64,000 nt of DNA from Marsupella aquatica (lineage: Eukaryota > Plantae > Marchantiophyta), in assembly GCA_973895155.1 (NCBI GenBank), contig OZ316899.1:6637241-6701240 (forward strand), given 5' to 3'. Positions 11,186 to 23,170 of this stretch are shown in pieces. The notes beneath the pieces were generated by a model. That model saw only the letters and a list, made by a program, of their open reading frames with translations. It had not been told where the DNA came from and did no database searches. A program made the position numbers and the translations under genes. Within the stretch, counting starts at the first letter, position 1. Every line of letters begins with the position of its first letter.

Positions 11186-14096
11186 ATACCAGGGGCAGTG
11201 AGTTCTCTCCCATTCTGTCATAGGTCTAGGAGGAAATATGCCCTCCGCTGGGTACATGGAGTACAAATCAGCTATGGCGTCATCCTCACTTATTGTAATC
11301 CACTTCATGAAAGCTGCAGGATATGCCCAGAAGTAATCAGGTTTGGTTACCTCCATGTGCATGTAGAACCTGTAAAGATACCTTTTAGCCCGCTTCTGGT
11401 TTTTCTGGGTATAGTCTTCTTTGTCTGGATACTTTGAAGGCCACATAGTGTGAAAGAACTTACTCTTCACAGAATCACCATATCTCTCAAATTCATTTGT
11501 AACAAACTGAACGAGATCATCAAACGAACCACAATTCCACTCTTCCAATCTAGTCGCGGGCATCGTTTGCTCTACTTCACGCAGACATGAATGTAACATG
11601 CCGACAACAATTCCCTCTACACTATTCCAAGTGATCCAAGTATGACACCATTGTTTGACTGGGTCGTTGTTAACACTTGCCGGGTGGAAAAACTGTCTCC
11701 GCAGCTCAGGATTGCAATGTGCCACAAGTAGGATGCTCTGCAACTTTGGGTCTAGGGCAGAAACAGCAGTGAATAATCGGGCGCGGTCCATTGTACATAC
11801 AACGGCGTCAGGCTTCTTCTCTCTCTTGTTTCTCTCTGTGACAGCATACATTTCTGCACATGTACTAAGAAAATCTTCAAATTCAGGACTTAACAAAGGC
11901 GTAATTTTTGAGGACTTCACTGCCCAGTCTTTGGTTGCGTCCTTCATCATGGCCGCATGGCGTTTGGAAATCTCGTCCACCAACCAGGGACTCCCTTGAG
12001 CCTCGGCTGCCTCCATGTCAAGCTTGAATTGGTGAGAATAGGACTTTATCTTATTCTCACATAGAATGTAAACAAGAGCTTCCTGTGGCATCTTCTTCGT
12101 ATACCATGACCCCTTCCAAGTCTTTAGCCGAATGCTCTAAAACTTCTTGAAATTAGCCGGGTCAATCAGTTTACTGTAATACTCAAGATCATGCGCCAGA
12201 ATTCATTTGATTCTATCTGCATCGAGAATCCAGGATGGCTCAACAACTGCTTGGCCAAGCCTACACGAAGAGATGCAACGAGTTAGAGTCAAAGTACAAT
12301 TTATCTATAACCAGCGTCGAGCGCTCTTAAATAGAACACTCGCAAGATTCAAAGAAGGTACCGGAAAAGAACGATAACTTACTGATTCACGGTGTGTATA
12401 GCTGCCTCAATTTCAATAAGAGATCCCTTGTCTCCCTTAAATATTGTGCAGAGCACTCAAGGATGGTATTTTGGATTGTCAGGGTTCTCCTCGGTAACAA
12501 GCGTCCATGAGTATAGCCTGTGATTTCCATCGAAGACAGAGATCATCTTATCCTTCAACATGAGAAAACTTGGATCGGCCTCGCATTCAGCCTCAAACTT
12601 CTCGTTCTCCAATTGCCAAATTGGATCCCATGACTCACGAATTTCCTGGGTACAGGTCAGAACAATTCCATTCTCATCCGTTGGCTGCACATAGAAACGC
12701 ATTCCTATGGATGAATTGTAACCCATACTGCGAAACGAGTCTTTCAGCTTCTCGATGGAAGAGCTATCTTTTTGCAAAGTACGAACCACCTCCATATGAA
12801 CCAATCGGCATAGAGGGATTTGAGGTGGCTCCTTGTCAAATCCACGAGAATCCTTTCCAAAACATATGACATGTTTTGAGATGAGATCAGTCTTCGCGAG
12901 TGCGCAGTCCGAAACATCTTGGATCGCAATCGTGTCGAGGTTCTCCATCTTTCTACACAGAGATTTAGGAACCAAAACAACGCTAACAGAAGTAGGAGGC
13001 AGCAACTTTGTGGAACGAGTTACATGACGTGTATAAACTGAACCAGTAAACAAAGACTGCGAGGATTCAGAATAAGCTCGCTCTTGGTCAGGAACAGCAC
13101 TATACCCTCTGGATGAAGAGGAGAATACCTCCATCGTCTTCCTTCCAGAAGCGTACGAACTATCATACAATGAAATTATGGAACTCTAATCAACTCTCAA
13201 CGTGTAATATATTCTAGAAGGAGGGTGAAGTTCAGCGGAACTCTTCGATTAAAGCGAGAAGCTCGTAAGTTTGGCGGATTCCAACGTATCTATGCGAAGA
13301 ACTTAATTAGCTAAATCAAGCGGTAGAAGAAGCGTTACACACACGGAACTCAGAAGTTACCGTTAAATGTTACCGTTATGACCGTTTTCCTCCCTCGCTC
13401 GGAATACTAGCGCTGGGCGCTATTATAAACAACTTCCCTTGAAGTAGATAATTTGGATGATTGTCATGGCAGCGCCCGGCGCTAGTAAAAACAACAGCTA
13501 TAGAATAGGTCTGAAATGGTGCCTCGAATACATAAATTTCATCAAAACAACCCCATATTTAAAGAAATGTCTATTGTTTTAATGGTTTTTGGGAAACATT
13601 ACTTGCATTCTATACTAGCGCCCGGCGCTAGTGATAACAAGTATTTTCCATCCATAGTTTTAAAAGAATTCACATTTTCATTGATCATTTCAATCCAATT
13701 ATTTCATAGTATTGATGGATATCTGGAGGGTTTTTGTATACTAGCGCCAGGTGCTAGTATGGAATATTTTGATTTGGGGTATATTATGTTTGAGACATTT
13801 TAGTTAGCGCCAGGCGCTACTCAAATTGTTCCAACTATACAATATCTTAGAGTATGTTAAAGATTTTTGTGGTGCCTTTTTTGGCATTATGTATGCGTCT
13901 GACATCCGGACTTATCGGGGAAAAACGACAAAAATCATTTATGGCGCCAACGGATCCTATGTCGACTATGTTTTATGTCTTATACAAACGGATCTGTTAC
14001 CGTGAAGTTCCCATGTTTGACTGATATAAGCTCCATATTACCATAAACTTTTCTTCCTCAAAACATTATAGCCCTCGTTATTTGTTTTTGATTGCA

Positions 14097-17000
14097 ATGT
14101 CTCGGTCCATCATTCTATCCCAATTCGGGACTGGAGATATTGTGACCATCCCCGTCCCTGTGGAAGACACGTACAAGCAGGTCCGGGAGAGATACCTTTG
14201 CGGGAGATTTGATTTGAAGATGAATGATATTGAGGCCATTGTTCGAGAGCTCGAAACCAGTGATGACATTGAAGATGCAGCAACATTCAATGTGGATGAT
14301 GGTGAACGGTTTTGGCATCTATACGCGGGGATTTCGTACTCACTTCGAGTAAGACAACATGAAGGACCGTCCAGTGTCCCCCAAGTTCCATTTGATGTTG
14401 TCGAGATTTCTTCTAGTGAAGATGGGGATCACACTCCAAGTCCTACGTTGAAAATGAAAGTCCCGCAACATGCTGTCATTAAAGGTGAGACTCCAGGAAG
14501 CTCTAACCAGTTGGAGGTTGTGTATCGGCGGAGTGCAATGGATACGTTACTCAAATCCATTGGTCATAGCGAGTTATCGAGGTTCATATCAACGGGTATT
14601 TCAGACATGAGCAAGTCTCCTGTCTGCCAACTAAGTACAATGGGAACGTTGTGTTTGAATTGCCACCCATTGACAAGATGCTCTCTAAAGGCTCTAGGCT
14701 TAGGGACATGGACCGTGCCAAAGATTGCTACATTTGGACACACATATTTCCAACTACCGTGAACGTTCAGCCAAAAAAACTTTGGCAATTCGGTAAGGTT
14801 ACCTGTACGGGATTCATTGAATGTCGGAACAAGTCCTGCGAGTACTTCCAAAGGAAGAAGAAGGCAAACGCTAAGGCATGGCAGGGTACTCCAAAGCTTA
14901 GTGGTCAGTATGCTGTCGGATCTTTTATCAAAGAGGGCGGTGTTGTGTGTTATTATTGTGATCAGATTCCTTTTTGTGTCAAGTACTGCCCTGCCCGTTT
15001 GTTCTATATGTACCCGCAAGTATTACTTAATGCGGAAACATGTAGTCATATGTCCCGCCTGGCGATTCATATAGGTGAGCATAACCATCCAAGTAGAAAA
15101 ACCTTCTGTAGGAGTGCGGAGAAGATGGCTGAGGATTTAATTAAAAAAAATCATGAAGCCAATCCTCTGGAAAAACCAGCTGGGATCTTGAATTCTGCTA
15201 CAGGGTCCATAGTGAAAGCTCTCTGCAAACATGTTGACGACATGGTCGATATCGAAGAAACTGAAATATGGAAGTCTCTGATTATACTTTCCACTCCCCA
15301 AAAGTTTGCATCTCTTTGTCGGAGCGTTAGGATAGACCAAAAGGGTCGGGGTGAACTTGATTTTCTCTCGCAAATGCAGAAGAAGATTAACCTGTCGTTT
15401 CTCCAGAGGTATTTGCTCCCGGGTCAGGGATGTCAAGACGACAGGCCTCACATCTTTAAAATGACCACGAAGGGTCACGGTTCCGGTGTGGATCTTTTGA
15501 GACAGATGCAACCTGGTGGAAGACTCAAAGGAGCCTTGGTCAGTTTTGATGTGATGCAGCGTATCACAGCCAATTGGTTTACTTTTAACACGCATGTCTA
15601 CGACCATAACTTCTGTGCACTTTGTACAATTTTCACATGCGAGTTGAAAGTGAAGGCACTGAGTCTTTCGAAAAGGCTTGGAGAGTTATGATTGAGGTTT
15701 GCAAGGAGAATGGATTACAGGAGGTTGTCATCCAAGGGTTTATGGCGGACAATGCACAAGCTGGATGGAATGTTGTGCGGAATGTTTTTTTTTGGTGGAC
15801 ACCCAGACCCGAAGAGGGAGCGCTCTGATGCATTTCACTTTTATCAATCTTTCCATCGGCATTCCAAGGAAGGAGTACTTGAAGAATGTCAATCGGAACA
15901 TCGGAGACTTTGGGAGAAACTAAGAAACGCTCCAACGTTTGTGGTAGCGTATCGCGTGTCCCAAGAGATTGTGGTTTGGTGGCAATCAGGAAACTGTGTC
16001 CCTGGAAAGCTCATGATGCTACAAAGTTGGATATCCTGGTGGGTTGTTCGATGGCGCCAGTGGGGCAATTTTATTCGAGTGGTATAACATCCATCTCCTC
16101 TCGTGTCTTTCATTTCCATCAACTTTATATTAGAGCCAGGCGTTGGTATGATTTTCTCGTATTTGAGTCCAACATGTCCATAAAGTTCCAGAATCATAAT
16201 CTAAATTGTATTTCACGTATGTTATAAATACTTGTCGGTGCCAGCGCCGGGCGCTGGTAATACAATGCTAGTACTGATTATTGCATTCAAACTATGGCAG
16301 AGCAAAAGCGCAAAAGAAGGTGCCTTGATTCCAAACTGTACAGGGTCAAAATCAAGGCATGCGTCTATGAAAGCCTGGGCTACAAAGAAAAAAGTTGGTC
16401 TTTTTGAAGCATGCAAAGTGGACCAAAACCGAGCCCTGTCTCAAGTTGCGGGATACAGTGCATATCGAAAAGGGTTGAACAGAGGAAACGGACCGACTAT
16501 ATGGGAATTGGCGTTCCATTCCGCCGATCAAGCAGGTTCGCCAAGGTTATTTGAAGATGCGACCAACATGCTTATTTCCAACGCGGCGGACTTCGATTTG
16601 GAAAGAAGCACTCCCCTTAACGGAGATATCGTGACCAAGTCAATGAAGAGAAAGGGACATGCAACTGGGACTATCTCTCCACAAGACTCCCATCGGCATG
16701 ACACCGTTCTCATAACCACACCAAATACTTGTGGTTTGAAAAGGAAAAACCTAAACAAAACTGACTTTGCCTCCATTCCCTCTAATTCTAATGATCCTGT
16801 GACAAGAGTGGTGAATCTCTCTGGTATGGACACATCAAATGGTGATACTGATTCACTGGACAATACCCCTCAAACAACCCGTACAACAAGATCCACAAAA
16901 CCTCCGCTCAGTGCACCAGCCTCACTTCAGAATCCACTTCCATGCACGATTGTGCTCGAGAAGGATGTCCCTCTGGGGCAGTGGCAGCTGCGACGGACGT

Positions 17001-17830
17001 CCAAGTATGGAGCAGGTCCCCAGTGTAATGGGACACTCAATGGGAGTTCTGATCGTGATGAGTGTCGAAATCGTATCAAGAAGGTTGGCTTCCATTCGTC
17101 TGACGGTGTTGTTGGAATTGTTGTGAAGGGCCATCGTCTCTTCAGGGGCGAACCGATCTCCGAAATGATTTGGTTCTACCCAAACCAAACCTGTTATAAG
17201 AGTCGTCTGCATTGTGGTGTTCATCAGCTTCCTCCTCTTCCTGAAATTTTGCCTGTTCTAAAGGGTACAAACCTATCTCCTTCTGAAATCACGTTCCTCG
17301 AAGAGCAAGGACTTGTCTTAGCCCAAACAACAGGATCGAGTCGATCTGCGCCATCTTTGTTTGACCTCAGGATAAATGTGAACGTGTTTCCAGAAACAAT
17401 AAGGTTTTTGGAGCCAAATGTCCGGCTGGGTAGTCGGAATGGGAGGAACTCAAGACCTCGGTCTAATCTCACTGTGGGTCACACTAAGCGAATGGAGTCT
17501 GCACGACAAGAAGAGATGAGTTTGGATGGGGAATGGAATGTTCGGACTGGAAATGCTTTTGGAAAGCAATTTCAAATTCGAACCCATGAGAACCTTTGAT
17601 CACCAAGCACGTACTTCGTGCAAATCTGTATCTTCCCTGCTTGCTCTTGTGAGGACTTCTTCCTACGACATTCGCGTGGCAAGTCGTACATGCCTTGTAA
17701 ACATCTATACTGGGTGTACATAAATGTTTTCAAACTTGAGGTTGAGGAGTTGACTCTTTGTAGCCAACCAATTTTGACTGTGGGCGAAGTCAGGCTTGTA
17801 TTGGAGAGGCAGAACTTGAATGGCTTATAA
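14097..17830 (+). pseudogene. MULE-type DDE transposase with GCM/WRKY-like zinc finger, catalytic core and C-terminal SWIM finger; frameshifted
   Basis: CTGFIECRNKSC...CYYC...CPAR...RLAIHIGEHNHP; VSFDVMQR (D1), GFMADNAQAGWNVVRNVF (D2), ERSDAFHFYQ (C/D-x-x-H signature); intron ~16082-16300; GSKSRHASMK (expected catalytic E reads as K); SWIM finger CSCEDF...PCKHLYWV. Confidence 0.85.
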
Positions 17831-18528
17831 TAGGGGCCGAAACTTCCGTATAGGTCGTTCAATATAACGGATAGTCACTATTTTGTCTTTACCCAACGGA
17901 TATGTTTCTTGTTTTATTCAGTATTTTTTGGTTAGCGTCGGGTGCTGCTTTTATTATGTACGCGTTTAGTGTAAGCATTACACTATGTTTTATTTAAAAT
18001 GTGTAAGTTGATATCATTATGTTTTATCTTTCAAGCCGCGTTTATTCAATTATTCTGAAATAAATTGTTAGGAGGTGTTTTGTCATTTGTTTGTCACAGT
18101 ACTCGGTCCATTTAAGGGAACTCATTTTGATTGAGTTCATTTTGACACTACTCTTCACTTGTTCTGTGGTGGGTCCCACCCTAAGGTTCACTTTTTAGCT
18201 TGGACGAATAGTGATATTTGAATGAATGTTTCATTGAGTATAGTCCCCATACCGTGTTCAGTTATCTTCTAGATCAAAATGTTGTTGCAAGGGAGGATTG
18301 CTAGTACTCTTCATCCATCGGATGGCACAAAATAATTGTTTGTTTTAAACCTAATTCACTAAAGAAAAATTCTGTGATTAGCGTAATTTTTCATTCGGAC
18401 CAAAGGGCTATGGTTGATGCAAAACTGGTAACAGGGAATCACTTACTGGTAACAGTTATATTTGACTGTTAATAGCAAAAAATTTCCTGGTAACAGGTTT
18501 TCTGTTTTCTGTCATGGCTATCATACCC

Positions 18529-18853
18529 CTCCAATCAGTTGCCTTCAGCACTGGGGTCTCCAACAACTTCTTTAGTAGATTGAAACTTTCAAGCCTCTCC
18601 GTTGTTGGCTCAAAATCAGCTCCTGCCTTCAATATTGAAGTGATCGGTAGTGCAATCTATGCAAAGTCCTTGATGAATCTGCGACAGTAGTTAAGACATC
18701 AAAGAAAACCCTTCACTTTAGTGGTGTTAGTTGGAAACTTCATTGCCTACCAAACACTGACTTTCTCAGGGTCTACCTCAATTCCTCTTTCTTAAACTTT
18801 GTGGCCAAGCAAGGTACCCTCTTGTACTCCAAAGATGCACTTGCAAGGGTGTA
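18529..18853 (-). pseudogene. Gypsy element 1 pol, RT C-terminus and connection (continuation)
   Basis: Minus-strand translation LHPCKCIFGVQEGTLLGHKV...RRFIKDFA...KLLETPVLKATDW. Confidence 0.85.
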
Positions 18854-21199
18854 TGTCAAGCAATTGACATGGGTCTTAACACCAAAAATATCACTATTGG
18901 GTGCCAAAACCATCTCCTTGTACCTGAGGATCACGAAGGGATGTTGTGAAGGGTGGTAAACACTAGTTTATGCCCTTAATGCCAGACTATCATACCAAGA
19001 CTATGTCACACATCACCCAAACTCAATCCCTAGGAACCAAGGTTGGGAATCAGATCCTGTGCTCATGATAATTTTGGTGAGAAGGGGTCTTCATATCGGG
19101 CCAGTACACACAAGGCCTAGCGCTACGGTGCACACATGTCTATATGTATGCTTACTGCCATAGGTATGTTTCTATTTCGCCACCAAAATGCACCCATAAA
19201 CCAATGACTTATGACTGATTCTTGGCTTAGGGACTTCTAAGCCATATATTGCCCCACTACTCTGCCATTCCACTCTCAACAATCAAAGCTATGACAACCC
19301 TCATCCAACCCACTTCAATGCACCCGGTACACCTCTTAGTGATGCGGCTAGTCCCAACATACACTCAGATTGCCTCACACACACACACACATCCTTGAGA
19401 GAAATGAGGCCTGAGAGGAAAACTCAATTAGATTCAAAGATGTGCACAATAGTTCACTAAGAACACTTGATCCAAACAATAGGCCCAAAGGCTGTCTACT
19501 CTAGATTGCGACGTGCTTGCCATCACTAGAAGAAACCGAACTATTATGAGACCGCAATATGTGACTCATTTTGGCTCATGTGACTTCATTGTGACTGCAC
19601 GTGACGTGACCCAGGCTGTGATCCTTGGAGTTGCAAAAGTTGAGACCAAAAAATAGAAGTCACTATTGATATTGGACATTGTGACTTTCTTGATACCCAT
19701 TTGTGACTGATCTGTGACTCCATTATGGAGTCTTGCCTTGTTGATACGTGACTTCAATGTGACTTTAATTAGTCACAGGGTAAGTCATGTCCATGACTTA
19801 GTTGCCCTTAATAGCGCCTAGCTTGTGACCTTTTAGTGTCACATAATAGACCAATGGAGACCTTGGTCCGGGTCACACAACAGAACCATTTGGTTCATAA
19901 CTAATAATGTGGAGATTTAGGGAAGTTGTAACCATGACTAATGAATTGTGTAACAGTTCATAAGGAGAGTTCATGAGCACTCCACATTGCAATACATAGA
20001 AACACTCATGCTCATATCACTTTAGAAGTATAACACATTGAATACAAGAAATACAAAGCATGAATGACATACACATGAAACAAAGCATGATATAAGCAGA
20101 TCCTACATAAAACATTCATAAGAATTGAACAAAATCACAATATTATTGAAAGAGGATCAATTCAATTACAATGGAACAGTTTACAATGTCATCAATGTAA
20201 TTCAGAGAAAACAGGAACTTATAAACTGATAATTGTTTTAAATAATTGAAAGCAAATGCATGATTGTGGAATGGCTCAGTGGAGGCTTGAGTAGGAAATG
20301 CGTCGGTTTTTTGCTTTCAAGGAGTAGTAATTACATAGTTTTAGTGATTAGCGGAGTTGTTAGGTTTAGGGTAACTTAATAACTAAGGAAGTAGAGTAGG
20401 GAAATAAATTGAGGGAGAGGACATGTTTCTCTAAGAAGTATCAAGAGTTGAGTAAGCTATTCGGTAAGGGCGGAAAAAAGTTATGGTAGTCGGCAAGTCG
20501 GGCCGAAGGCATGACCGATACTTTTGAGTGATAAGTTTTGCTAAGACTCACCCTATAGGTGCTAGGTAGTCCCTAGACCACACATAAAAGTCACAAAGTC
20601 AAGTGAGGTCTTAACCTAGGAGTTGTCAGTATTTTGGCAAAACTTAAAGTTACCAAATAGCGGGTCTCGGGAAGAACAGCTGATGGGAAAAGGTAGGGGT
20701 TCCAAGTTTCAAAGTAGGTTAAATATGGTCCACTCTATCCCTGTAAACTTGTGGGAGAACTTGGTTACCTTTGGTTACTTTTTGGGAGCATCTCAAAGTT
20801 GAGAAGAATTTTGGAAAACATAAGAATTAACCCTCTTTACCTGATTTTAGAAAATTGGTTATAGGGTTTTGTTTAGATCTTAGTAAATCAAGACATAGCC
20901 CTATGTCTAGAGAATCTATGGATCTATTCACAAGTCCTTTTGGCCTTATGGGTGATTTTTGGTGGTGGGTACAATATGGGCCGGGGAATTATATTTTTTC
21001 CAAAATAACGAAATCCGACTAAGTGTAAAAATGCTTCGACGAGGCTACCACAAGACAGATATAAGTCAAGCACAAGGGCGGTTAGGAGATGGTTGAATAG
21101 ACCAGGCAATCACAAGGTGAAGGAGCTTGAGTGGGAGTGGTAGTTAGTTGGACTTTTGTTGTAGTGTGACTTTGGTAGTTAGGAGGACTTTGGTGATTG

Positions 21200-21370
21200 G
21201 ACCTTGGTCCTTGGTCCTCCATTTTGGTCCTTGGTCCTTGGTCCTTGGTCCTTGGTGGGCTACTTTGATCCTTGGTCCTTGGTGGGCTACTTTGGTCCTT
21301 GGTGGGCTACTTTGGTCCTTGGTCCTTGGTGGGCTACTTTGGTCCTTGGTCCTTGGTGGGCTACCTTGGT
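21200..21370. repeat. Tandem repeat of CTTGGTC / CTTGGTGGGCTACT units
   Basis: Directly visible array; explains the low-complexity ORFs 21148..21390 and 21204..21419. Confidence 0.9.
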
Positions 21371-21777
21371 GTGGTGTGGAAGGAGAATAGTATATAAGGA
21401 AGAAGTTTTTATTTGTTAGGGACCGGGAGTCTCATCTCTTAAGTGGAATCTCTACCTTGCCAAGATAGGGCTAAGCTTGAGAAGGGAGAGGTGGTCCATG
21501 CTTAGTGTGGAGAATATGTAGTGAACTTTTGTTGTAAAGATGATACAATAAAAATAGACTTGTCAATCTTCATTGTGACCATTAAGTGTGAGTGCATTTG
21601 AAGTGTATGGGAGCAAGAGAAGAGTCCATGCTATGGTGTAATCTTGGTCTAAGCTCAAAGGGGATATGCTAGTACAAAACCAAGGCCAAGGAGGCAAGGT
21701 TAAGGTAGAGCATTACTTTGAGACTTAGAGAGGATTATAGCTTGAGGGTGGAAAGTACTTTGCTTGGTGTGTGATCG

Positions 21778-23170
21778 TGTTAACAAAAAGTAAGTACAAG
21801 AGGAAGAGTCCTTAGATAGAGGAGCCTTCTCTAGAGCTCAAAGGGGATGTGTGGGAGGTGTTTACAAAAGACAGCAAACAGGAAACATGATTTAATAACA
21901 GAAACTGGTAACAAAAAAAAAAACTGGTAACAAGAAAAAAAACTGGTAACAGTAAAATGGGAACGTCCACGGGAACACACAAGAGAGCTTTATTGAACTC
22001 TAAGCCCGTCGGCCATACCAAGTCTCCACAATGTAAGCTCTTTTCATCTCTCAAGTGGCTCCATAACAATGAGCCTAAGTTCCACTTATCCAAGCAAACA
22101 CCGCTTGGCATATAGTGTGCATCCTAGTTAACCTAACCACATCTCCGACTACGGTTAGTCTAACTACGGTTACATGTCATAACCCTAGACCTTGAGTAAA
22201 TACCTAACAATCTCCCCCTTGACTCTGGTCTAGGGGAGGGTAATACTGCTAACCTATATGATTCCTCAACAGGAAGTTCTGGATAAAAATCAAAATGGTT
22301 CCCCTCTCTAACTAGAGCAAACCAGAACTAAACCGTAGGCTATTACTAGGAGTGAAGAAGAGCATATATCAGTGATTAGAGCAAATGTTAAGAAAAACCC
22401 TTACTTGTGACGCAATTGCAAAACTTGCAGCACATCACAATGTCTAGAGAAACTTTCCAAAGGAATCACTTTGGTAAATGCGTCAGTTGGGTTGAGTTTA
22501 ACGTCTATCTTGACTAGCTCAAACAAATTATTAGACACAGTCTGCCTGATAAAATGGTACCTGACGTCTATGTGCTTCACTCTACTGTCCATCACCTGGT
22601 TCACAGCAAGGTGAAGCGCACTTTGACTATCACAATGGAGCTTCACATTGCCCTATGCAATCCCATTTCAGTGAAAGTCTATCCAACCAAATCGCTTCCT
22701 TCGTTGCTTCCGCTGCTGCAACATACTCTGCTTTTGTAGTAGACTGAGCAATACACTTTTGCAAAGTAGACCTCCAACTTATGCATCCACCGCCAAGTGT
22801 GAACACGTATCCTGTTGTTGATCTCCTTTGGTCCAGATCTTGTCCATAGTCAGAATCTACATAGCCAATCAATGATCTAGAATTCTTTGCATTTGCATCA
22901 AATAAAAGACCATGATCCACGGTACCCTTCAAGTACCTGATAATCCACTTCACTGCTTCCCAGTGTACCTTCCCTAGATTCGACATGTACCTGTTCACCT
23001 TGCCCATAGCCATGGCAAGATCAGGTCTAGTGCAAGCCATCAAATACATGAGACTTCCCACTGCCTTATCATAAGGAACCTTTGACATCAGCCCCTTCTC
23101 TGTCGCATCTGTGGGACAAAAAACTGATGACAATTTAAGGTGTGCAGCCAAAGGGGTACTTACTGGCTTA
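21778..23170 (-). mobile_element. Ty1/Copia fragment: RT/RNase H end (22401-23170), PPT and 3' LTR (~21778-22209)
   Basis: VPYDKAVGSLMYLMACTRPDL, GYVDSDYGQDLDQRRSTTGYVF, CDSQSALHLA..HIDVRYHFIR; minus strand AAGGGGGAGAT|TGTTAGG; LTR ends ...GTTAACA. Confidence 0.9.

Larger units (their letters stand above)
5721..13134 (-). pseudogene. Spliced gene (~1230 codons): ParB/Sulfiredoxin-like N-terminal domain, unknown middle, beta-class N4C/N6A DNA methyltransferase-like domain, acidic tail; disrupted by stops, one frameshift and a solo LTR
   Basis: Exons about 13134-12383, 12260-11191 + 7962-7699, 7526-6802, 6711-6138 and 6030-5721. Four GT-AG introns join in the correct phase. Motifs: VFDGNHRLYSW (DGNHR at 12531-12517); VDAGFIYLPTG...FFKSMDPFLSDDGFLAI; VIELVTRPRDIFMDWTAGAGSSFIAGDFSGRFVLGIE. 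Confidence 0.8.
4342..17946. repeat. Dispersed 13-bp palindrome AGCGCCNGGCGCT, about 15 copies inside the MULE
   Basis: Copies start at 4342, 4465, 5588, 5673, 7566, 7659, 12313*, 13409, 13471, 13617, 13743, 13806, 16132*, 16243 and 17934* (* = two mismatches). Confidence 0.9.
3903..18528. mobile_element. Mutator-like (MULE) DNA transposon, 14.6 kb (11.4 kb without the nested solo LTR), with transposase and ParB-methyltransferase-like cargo gene
   Basis: 8-bp TSD CTCCAATC at 3895-3902 and 18529-18536; removing the element restores Gypsy pol (KLLETPVLKAT-DWSKEFHV). Ends GGGGAATTTACAAACGA... and ...GTCATGGCTATCATACCC with subterminal AAACAG/CTGGTAACAG repeats; MULE-type transposase inside. Confidence 0.9.

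Noticed and set aside
11090-12091. 333-aa ORF as a standalone gene
   Set aside because: It is part of exon 2 of the cargo gene; its last ~32 codons are read-through into the inserted solo LTR.
5721-13134. ParB-MTase as bacterial or phage contamination
   Set aside because: It has four phase-consistent GT-AG introns, a nested plant LTR with TSD, and sits in a TSD-bounded element inside a plant Gypsy pol.
4342-17946. Palindromic repeats as a CRISPR array or bacterial REP elements
   Set aside because: Only 13-17 bp, irregular spacing from ~60 bp to several kb, located in spliceosomal introns, and no cas genes.
3903-18528. hAT classification because of the 8-bp TSD
   Set aside because: The transposase has a MULE-type core, GCM-like and SWIM fingers, no hAT dimerisation motif, and G-run termini rather than (C/T)A(A/G)NG.
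21895-21955. AAACTGGTAACA triplet resembling the MULE subterminal motif
   Set aside because: It lies inside the Copia LTR with no MULE terminus or TSD; probably coincidental.
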